Shown here one piece after another: positions 1 through 7,830 of a DNA stretch of 25,317 bases. The DNA lies in the IMG/VR virus record IMGVR_UViG_3300016476_000382, positions 1 through 25,317 of that record; one strand, written 5' to 3'. The position numbers and the translations under genes were made by a program. Within the stretch, counting starts at the first letter, position 1. Each line of letters starts with the position of its first letter. The notes under the pieces were generated by a model. That model saw only the letters and a program-made list of their open reading frames with translations. It ran no database searches and had not been told where the DNA came from. Source of the stretch: a virus. Taxonomy: Duplodnaviria > Caudoviricetes.

Positions 1-2
1 TT

Positions 3-1712
3 AAAGTTATTGATAATTTTACTCATCTTATCTGTTGCTGAATCATATGCAATCACAGTAACACATTTTTCTACATTGGAATTAAGATTGGCAGTACCTC
101 GTAATGATATCTGTACACGAATACCTGTTGTCATTGATGCTGCTTGTGCTATTGCTACTGCGGATGTAATTGCATTATGAAACTTTGATCCACCCATAGA
201 TCCAGATGCATCAATTGATATATGTAAAAAGTAATTCTTATATCTTTCAGTAACGATGCGATGGAACACATTAACATTATCATAACCTAATTGTGAAACT
301 AGTCTTCTATCAATCTTACCCGTTTGCAATCTCGTAGACTTAAGAGTTCGGTCTGCATTTCTTAATTGCAATTTGTTACCCAATGATCTACCTAACGAAA
401 TACCTAATTGAACTGCGGTTTGATTTCGTTCGAATTCTACTTTTGCCCATTTAGCAACTTCTTTGCCATTGATAACATCTGGACTATATGGTTGAAACAA
501 CTCAGGCAATGAACAAATAATGCTAGGAGTTAACTTCTTAACAACAACCGTTTCAATTGGATTTGTATTTGATTCATCGGTAAATACTTGTCTAATCTCA
601 GTTCCAGATTCTTTAATTGCATTGATAATAGACGTCTGCAATTTGCTTAATCTACCCTTTTTGCTTTGCTGACCTTCTAGGAATTCTTTTTGAGCTTTGA
701 TAGCTTTTTCTAATTTTTCTAGTTGTTTGTCAGTTAAACTGTTAGCATTGCCAGATGAGTTGTCATCGGATTCTTCACCTGAATCTATATCAACATCAAT
801 GTCTTCATCTGAAAAATCAGTCATATCATTTTCTCCATTACCAGCACCATCATTGCCAGATCCTTCTCCTTGTTCACCTTGCTGTCCTTCGGATGCATCA
901 CCATCATTGCTACTAGTTACATTTACTGGTTCTTCAGCTACTGCTTGTGCAATTAATTTATATACTTGGCATGAAACTTGTAATGCATCTGTTGTATCTG
1001 TTAATCGGCTAATATTCTTAAGATCAATAACATTCCAGATTTCTCTTAACTTTTTAAGAGCATTTAAGTTTCGGTTAGGATTTGTGAAATTGATAATATG
1101 GAATATGTAATCATCCCAAGTCTCTTCGGTCTTTGCATTTTCTTTAAGAGCTTTGTCAATGATTGTATCATTAAAGTATTTGTCATACATTGATTGATAA
1201 TACACACGGTATCCAGGAGCATTAGTATATACTTTATAATCGATACGTCTATCTTCAACCCAATTCAAGATGTTTTTGATTACATCAAATTGTTGCTCTG
1301 TCATGTTTAATTCTGGATCGCAACCTTGCATTCTAACAACAGTTGCCATTTTAGTTTGAGATAACGATCCGGTTGCGTGGCCGTTGACATCCTTAAGCAA
1401 ACTAAAATCAGTATAAGCAATATGTGAACCTTCGTGCAATGCTAATCCTACTGCGGGGTCAAAGTTATCACCATCTAGTTTAGTACCAATAGTAACACTA
1501 GTACCATCAGTGTAACTACGGTCATTGCTTTGAAATACAACTGGAATTTGTTTACCCGTAACAATGTTAACAAAGTTACCGATAGCTCTTTGTGTAGCCG
1601 CTAACTTGGTGTAATCAACGCCAGAAGATCTAGATCGATCGTTGTCGAAGTCATATTCATCGTCTAACCAAAATCTTGACCAATTTCTTTGTGTGGATGT
1701 CTTTATTTTCAT
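3..1712 (-). CDS. HExxH metallopeptidase-domain + acidic linker + vWA (MIDAS) protein, CobT-like partner of MoxR AAA+; 3' end truncated by window edge
   Basis: Not in the ORF track; translated by hand in segments that share one frame. ATG at 1712 gives MKIKTSTQRNWSRFWLDDEY...AIGNFVNIVTGK...GLALHEGSHIAYTDF (HEGSH at 1422-1436), then LNWVEDRRID (~1239-1268), a D/E/G-rich linker (~760-930) and LHISIDASGSMGG (MIDAS DxSxS at 198-212). Still open at position 3 (...DKMSKIINNF). Confidence 0.9.
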   Translation of the reverse strand, partial: MKIKTSTQRNWSRFWLDDEYDFDNDRSRSSGVDYTKLAATQRAIGNFVNIVTGKQIPVVFQSNDRSYTDGTSVTIGTKLDGDNFDPAVGLALHEGSHIAYTDFSLLKDVNGHATGSLSQTKMATVVRMQGCDPELNMTEQQFDVIKNILNWVEDRRIDYKVYTNAPGYRVYYQSMYDKYFNDTIIDKALKENAKTEETWDDYIFHIINFTNPNRNLNALKKLREIWNVIDLKNISRLTDTTDALQVSCQVYKLIAQAVAEEPVNVTSSNDGDASEGQQGEQGEGSGNDGAGNGENDMTDFSDEDIDVDIDSGEESDDNSSGNANSLTDKQLEKLEKAIKAQKEFLEGQQSKKGRLSKLQTSIINAIKESGTEIRQVFTDESNTNPIETVVVKKLTPSIICSLPELFQPYSPDVINGKEVAKWAKVEFERNQTAVQLGISLGRSLGNKLQLRNADRTLKSTRLQTGKIDRRLVSQLGYDNVNVFHRIVTERYKNYFLHISIDASGSMGGSKFHNAITSAVAIAQAASMTTGIRVQISLRGTANLNSNVEKCVTVIAYDSATDKMSKIINNF

Positions 1713-1721
1713 AATCTCTAA

Positions 1722-1767
1722 TTTTATACTATAAATATAAGAAATAATTCAGTTAGATCCAACCGAA
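1722..1767 (-). promoter_or_regulatory. Promoter copy 1: TTGGAT(1757-1762)-N17-TATATT(1734-1739), overlapping ATATTTAT
   Basis: 46-bp element 40/46 identical to 3001-3046; sigma70-like 17-nt spacing; directly upstream of the vWA gene. Confidence 0.75.
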
Positions 1768-1771
1768 ATGT

Positions 1772-1816
1772 AAAAAAAAAGAGACAGATCATGATTAATG
1801 ATTTTAACTGTCTCTT
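1772..1816 (-). terminator. Intrinsic terminator after AAA+ gene
   Basis: Inverted repeat aagagacag (1779-1787) / ctgtctctt (1808-1816) followed on the minus strand by a T-run (A9 at 1772-1780 on +). The 20-nt loop is long but can pair internally (atcat/atgat). Confidence 0.65.
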
Positions 1817-1838
1817 CTTGGGCTATGAAAAAAGCTGA

Positions 1839-2990
1839 TTAGAAAGGATATACCTCTGTTTCTTTTTCTTCGTCGATATTGAATATGTTTTCAACTTCGG
1901 TCTCTGCTGCATATTTTTGGATAATTTGCTTAACAAATGTTCTTTCCGAGTCGGCACCTCCAGATGCGTCAAAGAAAGGTAATACTGCTACTTCGGTTGC
2001 TTCACGCAAAGTGAATCCATCTGCTAACAATTCACATAATCTAACCGTCATACGAGTTGAGATCATAGTTGTCAACTTACCTGATTCAGATCTCCATTCC
2101 TTTCTGGTTACTGCAGCAATATCTGCTACTGCATGGATCTGTTTCTCGGATAACACATTGCCGTAGCGTTTAGTTAATAAGATTTCTTCTTGCTCTAAGC
2201 TCAAGATGTCAACCTCAATGATTTCGAAACGATCCATCAAGGCACGGTCTAATACACGTGTCGATGTATACTCAGTACCAATATTAGCAGTTGCAATGAA
2301 TGATACACCGTTTGCTACTTTGATCAATGGTGCATTAACATCTTCATCTAATCTCAAGTATCTTTGACCTTCATCTAACACTGTCATCAAGATGTTCCAT
2401 GCTTCTGGATGAGCTCTAGATAACTCATCTAACAAGATAACTGCATTCTCAGTTTGAATAGCCTTAACAAATGCAGATGAATCAAACACAGTCTGTCCAT
2501 CTTTGAAGTGTGTGTTACCAATTAAGGTTGCTCTAGGATCTTGTGTTGCACCTAAGTTGAAATAAAAGAAAGGATGACCGGTTGCTACAGGAAGTGCTTT
2601 TGCTGCTTGAGTCTTACCACAACCTGCAGGTCCAACCATCATGATATTTTTGCCACGAACTGCCGATCTAACTAGATATTTCCACTTAACATCGGTCATT
2701 TCAAGGTCATTGGGTTTAATGCTTGCTGAATTTTTAATTAATTCTAATACCGGATCTAACTCTTTAGTAGGAGCAGATGCTACGGTTTTGATCTCTGCTG
2801 GAATCTCCGACATAGGAATTCGTTTACCTCTTTGTGTTTCATGATTGAACTTAAGACCTTCTAAATTAACTACCGCTAAATTAATCATGTCTGTTCTGAA
2901 CAAATGCGTAATGTCATTACCTGTTCCTACTTCTTTAACAACTGTGCCCTTAGCTGTTACTTCTACGATACCAAATGTTTCTTTTTTCAT
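1839..2990 (-). CDS. MoxR-class AAA+ ATPase (CobS/CbbQ/NirQ-like)
   Basis: Walker A GPAGCGKT, Walker B ILLDELSRA, sensor ATAN, Arg finger LDRALMDRF, C-terminal ISTR motif; adjacent to a vWA protein. Confidence 0.92.
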   Translation of the reverse strand: MKKETFGIVEVTAKGTVVKEVGTGNDITHLFRTDMINLAVVNLEGLKFNHETQRGKRIPMSEIPAEIKTVASAPTKELDPVLELIKNSASIKPNDLEMTDVKWKYLVRSAVRGKNIMMVGPAGCGKTQAAKALPVATGHPFFYFNLGATQDPRATLIGNTHFKDGQTVFDSSAFVKAIQTENAVILLDELSRAHPEAWNILMTVLDEGQRYLRLDEDVNAPLIKVANGVSFIATANIGTEYTSTRVLDRALMDRFEIIEVDILSLEQEEILLTKRYGNVLSEKQIHAVADIAAVTRKEWRSESGKLTTMISTRMTVRLCELLADGFTLREATEVAVLPFFDASGGADSERTFVKQIIQKYAAETEVENIFNIDEEKETEVYPF

Positions 2991-3000
2991 AACTCATTAT

Positions 3001-3046
3001 TTTTATACTATAAATATAAGAAATAACTTGTCAAGATCCAACCGAA
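3001..3046 (-). promoter_or_regulatory. Promoter copy 2: TTGGAT(3036-3041)-N17-TATATT(3013-3018)
   Basis: Near-identical to 1722-1767 (26-bp and 13-bp identical blocks, 7-bp variable spacer); upstream of the AAA+ gene. Confidence 0.75.
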
Positions 3047-3058
3047 TCATAAACTTTT

Positions 3059-3511
3059 TTACCAAGCTCTACAAGACCAGTATCTTGCTTTGGTTCTAGG
3101 TCCAGGATTATCACAATTATGTCTAGCACGGAAACTTTTTCTACGAGCTGGATTATTCTTTTTGATGCGCATAGTTTTTTGACCTGCCTTCTTTGCGGAG
3201 GTACCTCCATGGCCGAAGTTAACTTTAACTACATTGCCCTCTGCGTTGCGAACATATACTTTGAATTTTTTAACATCGCCGCGCATTGGTTTGCCCAATG
3301 GAACTTTGCGTCCTTGATATTCTGCTTCTGTGATTACATCGTTGAATTTGCCTGCTTTAATGTCTTCTAGCATTGCAATTGCACATTCATTACATACTGT
3401 CATTTCTTGCATTTCATTCACCTTTACACATTTGTCTTTGCCATTTTCTGTTCCTGCATATCGGTATCCGTCCCAACATTCTTTACCATCGGCTCCTTTA
3501 ATTTTACTCAT
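3059..3511 (-). CDS. Basic phage protein with CWxGY motif and C-terminal KVNFG...RRKSFRARHNC...YWSC domain; probable virion/head protein
   Basis: Both motifs recur in large aquatic phage proteins of unknown function (recalled). Internal VITE|A is a possible cleavage site. Start overlaps the stop of the upstream gene. Confidence 0.7.
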   Translation of the reverse strand: MSKIKGADGKECWDGYRYAGTENGKDKCVKVNEMQEMTVCNECAIAMLEDIKAGKFNDVITEAEYQGRKVPLGKPMRGDVKKFKVYVRNAEGNVVKVNFGHGGTSAKKAGQKTMRIKKNNPARRKSFRARHNCDNPGPRTKARYWSCRAW

Positions 3512-4257
3512 TATAGCTCCTGTCTTATTGCTAATTTAGGAAGATATGTCCTCCATGTATTTTTTATTATTTCTGCTTCTTCTGGCGTTATATAACCTTT
3601 ATCGATTACCGTTTGTAAATGATTATTAACAGTATCAGCAAATGGCGTTTTAGTTTTCTTTGCTTTGTTATATAAACCTTGAATCATTGCCGGTATCTCT
3701 TTAGGCAACGTATAGTAACGATATGGTCGAAGTTTACCAGATTCGATTTGTTTTCTAGTTTTAATGTCAGTTGAAATATATTTACCTGATTTCAAGTTCC
3801 ACCCTGATTGAGTTAAATGCTCAATTTCATGTCGAATTGTATCTGATAATTCAGCAACAATATCATTAAGTATTTGTGGATATAATTTCGGATCAACAAT
3901 TAATAAAACTTCTAGTAATGGCGGTTCATCAGCATCTAGTCTATGATCATTATATACATTACCATCAACTTCCATTTTACCATATCCATCAATCCATTGT
4001 ATTTTAAATGATAAATAGAATTCTAATGGTATTTCGCTGTTTTCAATTTCTTCGGTATATACCTCAGGTGCTTCGTTTGAATTAATATCAGGCACTGATT
4101 CATTTGCTGTGTAATAAACTTTGTGTCCTAGAAACTTACCGTCAGCATCATTGGTTGCTTCGAAGCTGTCTTTTACTATGTTAATTATTCTTCTAGACAG
4201 CTGTCTGGATACAGAATCATATCGGCCTTCCAATAACAATGTTTGCATACTTATCAT
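3511..4257 (-). CDS. Zincin-like metallopeptidase-motif protein with LLLE leader
   Basis: TIRHEIEHLTQ (HExxH) with downstream KEIPA (possible third ligand); N-terminus MISMQTLLLE. Confidence 0.65.
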   Translation of the reverse strand: MISMQTLLLEGRYDSVSRQLSRRIINIVKDSFEATNDADGKFLGHKVYYTANESVPDINSNEAPEVYTEEIENSEIPLEFYLSFKIQWIDGYGKMEVDGNVYNDHRLDADEPPLLEVLLIVDPKLYPQILNDIVAELSDTIRHEIEHLTQSGWNLKSGKYISTDIKTRKQIESGKLRPYRYYTLPKEIPAMIQGLYNKAKKTKTPFADTVNNHLQTVIDKGYITPEEAEIIKNTWRTYLPKLAIRQEL

Positions 4258-4270
4258 ATTAATAAATATT
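4258..4270 (-). promoter_or_regulatory. ATATTTAT putative late promoter, 4 nt before ATG
   Basis: AATATTTATTAATATG, identical to the sequence at 7815-7830. Confidence 0.55.
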
Positions 4271-4826
4271 AAGCTAGTATGTTATAGTTCCAATAATGTT
4301 CTTTATCTCGGTTATACGGATTTCCAGATTGCATATAATAGCAATTAAGGCAAAGCATTTGTAAATTTTCTATGCGATGATTTGTAGTATCACCGTCGAT
4401 GTGATCTAATAATAATGGTACTGTATCATCAGTAACTCGTCGTTCAGCATATCCGCAGCAATTGCATTGTTCTGCGAATATACCCAATGACAACAAGCGG
4501 TTTCTGAGTTTCCAACCTGGATAGTTTGGATGTTTTCCTTCTAACAACGCTTCAATGCTATACATACCTGCTGTTGCACGAATGAAGTTCTTTTTGATAC
4601 CTTGACCTTCTTGATTGGTATGCATATCATATAAAGTCATACCAGTTTCGCGATCAACATACATTTTTGCATATTTCTTCCATGTGCTAAAAGAAACTTT
4701 CATGAATCTAGCCGCTTCTGCATTTGATTTGGTATTATCTATTGCATATCTAATTTCTGATTCAGAGATATTCAATGGTTGTTTACCAATTCCATAAACA
4801 TATTTGTATTGTGGTTGATCGCTCAT
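4269..4826 (-). CDS. HNH endonuclease-like protein with N-terminal HTH
   Basis: CNCCG...LLLDHIDGDTTNHRIENLQMLCLNC (Zn-finger HNH); N-terminal SNAEAARFMKVSFSTWKKY is HTH-like. Confidence 0.8.
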   Translation of the reverse strand: MSDQPQYKYVYGIGKQPLNISESEIRYAIDNTKSNAEAARFMKVSFSTWKKYAKMYVDRETGMTLYDMHTNQEGQGIKKNFIRATAGMYSIEALLEGKHPNYPGWKLRNRLLSLGIFAEQCNCCGYAERRVTDDTVPLLLDHIDGDTTNHRIENLQMLCLNCYYMQSGNPYNRDKEHYWNYNILA

Positions 4827-4829
4827 TAT

Positions 4830-5216
4830 TTAATATACGCCTAGTTTTTGTAATTCTCTAACTGCTTCTTTTGGTTGAACTTTTTTATTGTACATCGATT
4901 GCATTAGTTCTTTTTTATCTGCAACGAAACTAATAAAAGTGCTGTGATATACTTTAGATTGTTTTCTTACTTCAGTAAACCAATCTGCATAGTTGCTATA
5001 CGTATCATCAAACTTATCAGCTTCGGAACGGTTTTCATAATAATCGATTTGATCTTGAAACGGCCATAGTTCAATCGGAACATTCGGATCTTTTCGTCTT
5101 GCTGGTAAGGCAGGTAAATTTTTTGATTTTGTCGAATTCTTTTTTATGAACTGATCCATTAGGTTAATAGATCTATCCTTCGGACTTAGTCCGGTGTGTG
5201 CTGACTTTCTTCCCAT
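4830..5216 (-). CDS. Hypothetical protein
   Basis: 128-aa ORF tightly packed in the minus-strand gene array. Confidence 0.75.
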   Translation of the reverse strand: MGRKSAHTGLSPKDRSINLMDQFIKKNSTKSKNLPALPARRKDPNVPIELWPFQDQIDYYENRSEADKFDDTYSNYADWFTEVRKQSKVYHSTFISFVADKKELMQSMYNKKVQPKEAVRELQKLGVY

Positions 5217-5404
5217 TGTTTTTTTGTTTCAATTAATATAACTATTTTACGCCAAGCATCTTCTGCTCGGTATACATACTTTTTAAATTTAATTAGATTT
5301 TTATCTTCTTGAGCTTGAATTACTTTTCTCATAAAACGATGATATTTTGCATGCAAGAACCCTACACGTATATCAATTAGTTTTTTTCGTATTGCCGTTA
5401 TCAT
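5186..5404 (-). CDS. Small basic hypothetical protein
   Basis: 72-aa helical, K/R-rich ORF filling the gap between neighbours, with ~30-bp overlaps at each end. Confidence 0.6.
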   Translation of the reverse strand: MITAIRKKLIDIRVGFLHAKYHRFMRKVIQAQEDKNLIKFKKYVYRAEDAWRKIVILIETKKQWEESQHTPD

Positions 5405-5702
5405 TTGTTAATGGTTTGTATTTTTCTATTATACATTTTATATCACTAGATAATAAATCTCGCATTACATCTTCACATTCTTCGTATGTATCAACAAATA
5501 CCGAACATTTGCCGGTATTATGAGTAATGGTGGCACATTGACCTGCTTGGTAGTAATTATGCCCACAAAAGGACTGTAACGCTTCTATTACGTTCTGAAA
5601 TGTATTAGTATTGTCGTTTAGCACAAATACTTGATACTTACCCTTTTTCTTCGATTTGTTGTTTGTAGTCACGAATAACTCCGCATTGTTCATAATACTC
5701 AT
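5373..5702 (-). CDS. clpS: ATP-dependent Clp protease adaptor ClpS (start uncertain)
   Basis: YQVFVLNDNTNTFQNVIEALQSFCGH...QAGQCATITHNTGKCSV matches the ClpS core (lyNDdxntF..V...L...c.h...qA.qc...vH..Gkc.V) of the Bacteroidota-like subtype. Confidence 0.85.
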   Translation of the reverse strand: MSIMNNAELFVTTNNKSKKKGKYQVFVLNDNTNTFQNVIEALQSFCGHNYYQAGQCATITHNTGKCSVFVDTYEECEDVMRDLLSSDIKCIIEKYKPLTNDNGNTKKTN

Positions 5703-5856
5703 GTTTTAGTGCATATTTAAGACTTTCATCTAAAAACGATATCTTTTTATCCTTACTCCAATCTGGAGGAAATGTCGTGTTGCCGGCTGCAAAAGCTTTC
5801 ATTGCTAACTCGAACAATAAATTCATATGGTTTTTAATATCAGTCATAACATACAT
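5638..5856 (-). CDS. Small protein with UvrB/UvrC (UVR) coiled-coil-like motif
   Basis: LKYALKHEYYEQCGVIRD resembles the UVR consensus (A...EdYE.Aa.lRD). Start moved from 5892 to ATG 5856 because a TTATTTAT motif lies at ~5873-5880. Confidence 0.6.
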   Translation of the reverse strand: MYVMTDIKNHMNLLFELAMKAFAAGNTTFPPDWSKDKKISFLDESLKYALKHEYYEQCGVIRDYKQQIEEKG

Positions 5857-5899
5857 TGTTTCTTTATTAATAATAAATAAAGTTATACACAATTCAAAG

Positions 5900-6715
5900 T
5901 TATTTTAATTTTATTTTTTGTCCTACTCGTATTTTATCTGCCTGTAACCCTGGGTTTAATTTTAATAGATTATCTACTGTAGTATTATTTCTATTTGCAA
6001 TTCCTCCTAATGTTTCGCCAGATTCAACTGTATGTTCAGACTCGGTAGTTGCATTAGTTGTTTGTTTAGTTGCTACATTAGTTTTATTAGAACCTTTTGA
6101 TATATAATTGTGTATAGCCATTGCATTAGCTACTCTTCGATCAACGTGTGGATCGCTCGGTCTAAAAACATTAACTGTTAATGCAGATGTTGTATCTTTA
6201 ATTGTAGCTTTATTGCTTCGTTCAAATTGTTTCGTTTCTGTGCTAGCCGCAGTGAAATGTCTAGGAATTGATGGTTTTCCGGCAGAATCTACTATGTATA
6301 CTAAATTTACAGGAATTCCTGGTACTAATTGTTGTTTTAATTTTTTATCTTTGTCAGTTGGATGCAATAAATATCCGTCCTTAAGTTCAAATTTTACGAA
6401 ATCTAATTGAGTTGATAAACTAGAAACCCCAGTTCCTTTATATTTAGCATACGCTTTTAATGCAGTAAGTCGATCTCCTTGCCATTGACATAATCCATAT
6501 GCTTTACCGTCACTAGCGTTTGGCTGAAACCATTTTCCATTTTCCATTGATTCAACAGACATATTACCAGCAAGTGCTACCGCATCTGTATAATCAAAAC
6601 CTCGTTTGATTAATTCATTAACAATTTTTTTTCCAGCTTCTAAATTTTCAGTAGTTTGTTCTGAATTAGTTTTTACCGGTGCTGCTTCTAATAGTATTTT
6701 TTTTAAACTTATCAT
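5900..6715 (-). CDS. Phage tail lysozyme-type muramidase with C-terminal LysM; ILLE leader
   Basis: AVALAGNMSVES...YGLCQWQGDR...TQLDFVKFEL...FRPS...RRVANA (tail-lysozyme family); HTVESGETLGGIANRNNTTVDNLLKLNPGL...IRVGQKIKL (LysM). Confidence 0.88.
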   Translation of the reverse strand: MISLKKILLEAAPVKTNSEQTTENLEAGKKIVNELIKRGFDYTDAVALAGNMSVESMENGKWFQPNASDGKAYGLCQWQGDRLTALKAYAKYKGTGVSSLSTQLDFVKFELKDGYLLHPTDKDKKLKQQLVPGIPVNLVYIVDSAGKPSIPRHFTAASTETKQFERSNKATIKDTTSALTVNVFRPSDPHVDRRVANAMAIHNYISKGSNKTNVATKQTTNATTESEHTVESGETLGGIANRNNTTVDNLLKLNPGLQADKIRVGQKIKLK

Positions 6716-7482
6716 ATGTCTTGCTCTGTTAAACTAGGAACATATACTTCATCAATTGAAACTGATTTGTCATATGCTTTTGTTAATAAATCTTTTAGTT
6801 TACCCATTATATTGTTTCTGCGTATCAATTTAAAAACTATGTTCTCCGTAGAAAATTCTCCTTTGGTTTCTAATCCAGCTTTACGCATTTTTTTAATTTT
6901 ATCTCGCAATGCTTCTAATCGGTCAACTATATCTAAATAATCTTTATGTTTTTTATAATCAGCTTGGATATCATTAAATGTGTCAGCAATCTTATTGTAT
7001 TTTTTTGTTATTTGTTTTTTATTGATAGAAACTTCTCGAAATTTAGGTTTAGTTACCCAATTATCATGTAATACTGAATATACGCCGGTTGAATGGTGTT
7101 CTTGATCATGTAATTGCAAATATAATTCTACATCATATCCTTTAATAGTTATGTTGTGTTTAGCATTCCATGAATCTGTTTTAATATCTAATAGATCTTT
7201 TATTTTTGTTTTGTGTTCAATTTGACCTAAATCAATTATGATATGTAAATCCACATCAGAATGTTTAGACCAATTGAAATTTGCTAGACTGCCGGTAAAT
7301 GTAATATCTTTAAGTTTCACTTTAATATCTAATGAATCGATATAATCTCTAGCAATTTTTAATAAGGTAGTTCTAATATCTTTATGAAGTTTCATATCGT
7401 TCCATATTTCTGAATTCAATGTCTTATTCATTGTGAATCCAGAAAAGTCTAATTGTTCTGATATTATACTTCTTAACTTCAT
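6712..7482 (-). CDS. Pol-beta superfamily nucleotidyltransferase; IISE leader
   Basis: ITFTGSLANFNWSKHSDVDLHIIID (hGS...DxD), third acidic strand DVELYLQ, helical C-terminal domain. Confidence 0.82.
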   Translation of the reverse strand: MKLRSIISEQLDFSGFTMNKTLNSEIWNDMKLHKDIRTTLLKIARDYIDSLDIKVKLKDITFTGSLANFNWSKHSDVDLHIIIDLGQIEHKTKIKDLLDIKTDSWNAKHNITIKGYDVELYLQLHDQEHHSTGVYSVLHDNWVTKPKFREVSINKKQITKKYNKIADTFNDIQADYKKHKDYLDIVDRLEALRDKIKKMRKAGLETKGEFSTENIVFKLIRRNNIMGKLKDLLTKAYDKSVSIDEVYVPSLTEQDI

Positions 7483-7817
7483 TATTTTTTACCTTGTTCT
7501 CTTAATATTAATTCACCTAATACTTCTAAACGTCCAACTTCTCTTTGAAATTCAATTGGAGTCATACTCAATGATATTTTAGATTTGGTTTGGCTAAATT
7601 CTTGTTTTGCTTTTTTTAAATCAAATTTACCATCTGCTGCTTTTTTATAATATGGCAGTTTAACTTTAAAATGATGCCATGTTAATAAGGCAAATCCTCC
7701 TTTTTGTTTTGCTGTAGTAGCAATCTTTTCTGCACCCTCACCTCGAGTTTCCGCAAACTCTTCAAAATCATCTTTTTTAGACTTTGAAGACTCAAATAAT
7801 AAATTTAGAAGTTTCAT
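7482..7817 (-). CDS. Hypothetical protein with LLFE leader (probable internal head protein)
   Basis: MKLLNLLFE N-terminus; ATATTTAT motif 4 nt upstream. Confidence 0.7.
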   Translation of the reverse strand: MKLLNLLFESSKSKKDDFEEFAETRGEGAEKIATTAKQKGGFALLTWHHFKVKLPYYKKAADGKFDLKKAKQEFSQTKSKISLSMTPIEFQREVGRLEVLGELILREQGKK

Positions 7818-7830
7818 ATTAATAAATATT
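7818..7830 (-). promoter_or_regulatory. ATATTTAT putative late promoter, 4 nt before ATG
   Basis: AATATTTATTAATATG, identical to the sequence at 4255-4270. Confidence 0.55.

Noticed and set aside
1064-1258. 64-aa minus-strand ORF
   Set aside because: It is out of frame inside the peptidase-vWA gene (3-1712), whose frame carries the conserved motifs.
3-2990. Cobalamin biosynthesis (cobaltochelatase CobST)
   Set aside because: There is no cobN or other cob gene in the window; a generic MoxR-vWA role fits better.
3029-3034. Canonical TTGACA -35 within promoter copy 2
   Set aside because: It falls in the variable spacer and is absent from copy 1. The conserved TTGGAT-N17-TATATT register explains both copies, though a secondary promoter is possible.
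6712-7817. MNT-HEPN toxin-antitoxin or CBASS operon
   Set aside because: The neighbouring 111-aa protein shows no clear HEPN Rx4-6H motif, no CBASS effector is adjacent, and both proteins carry head-type leaders.
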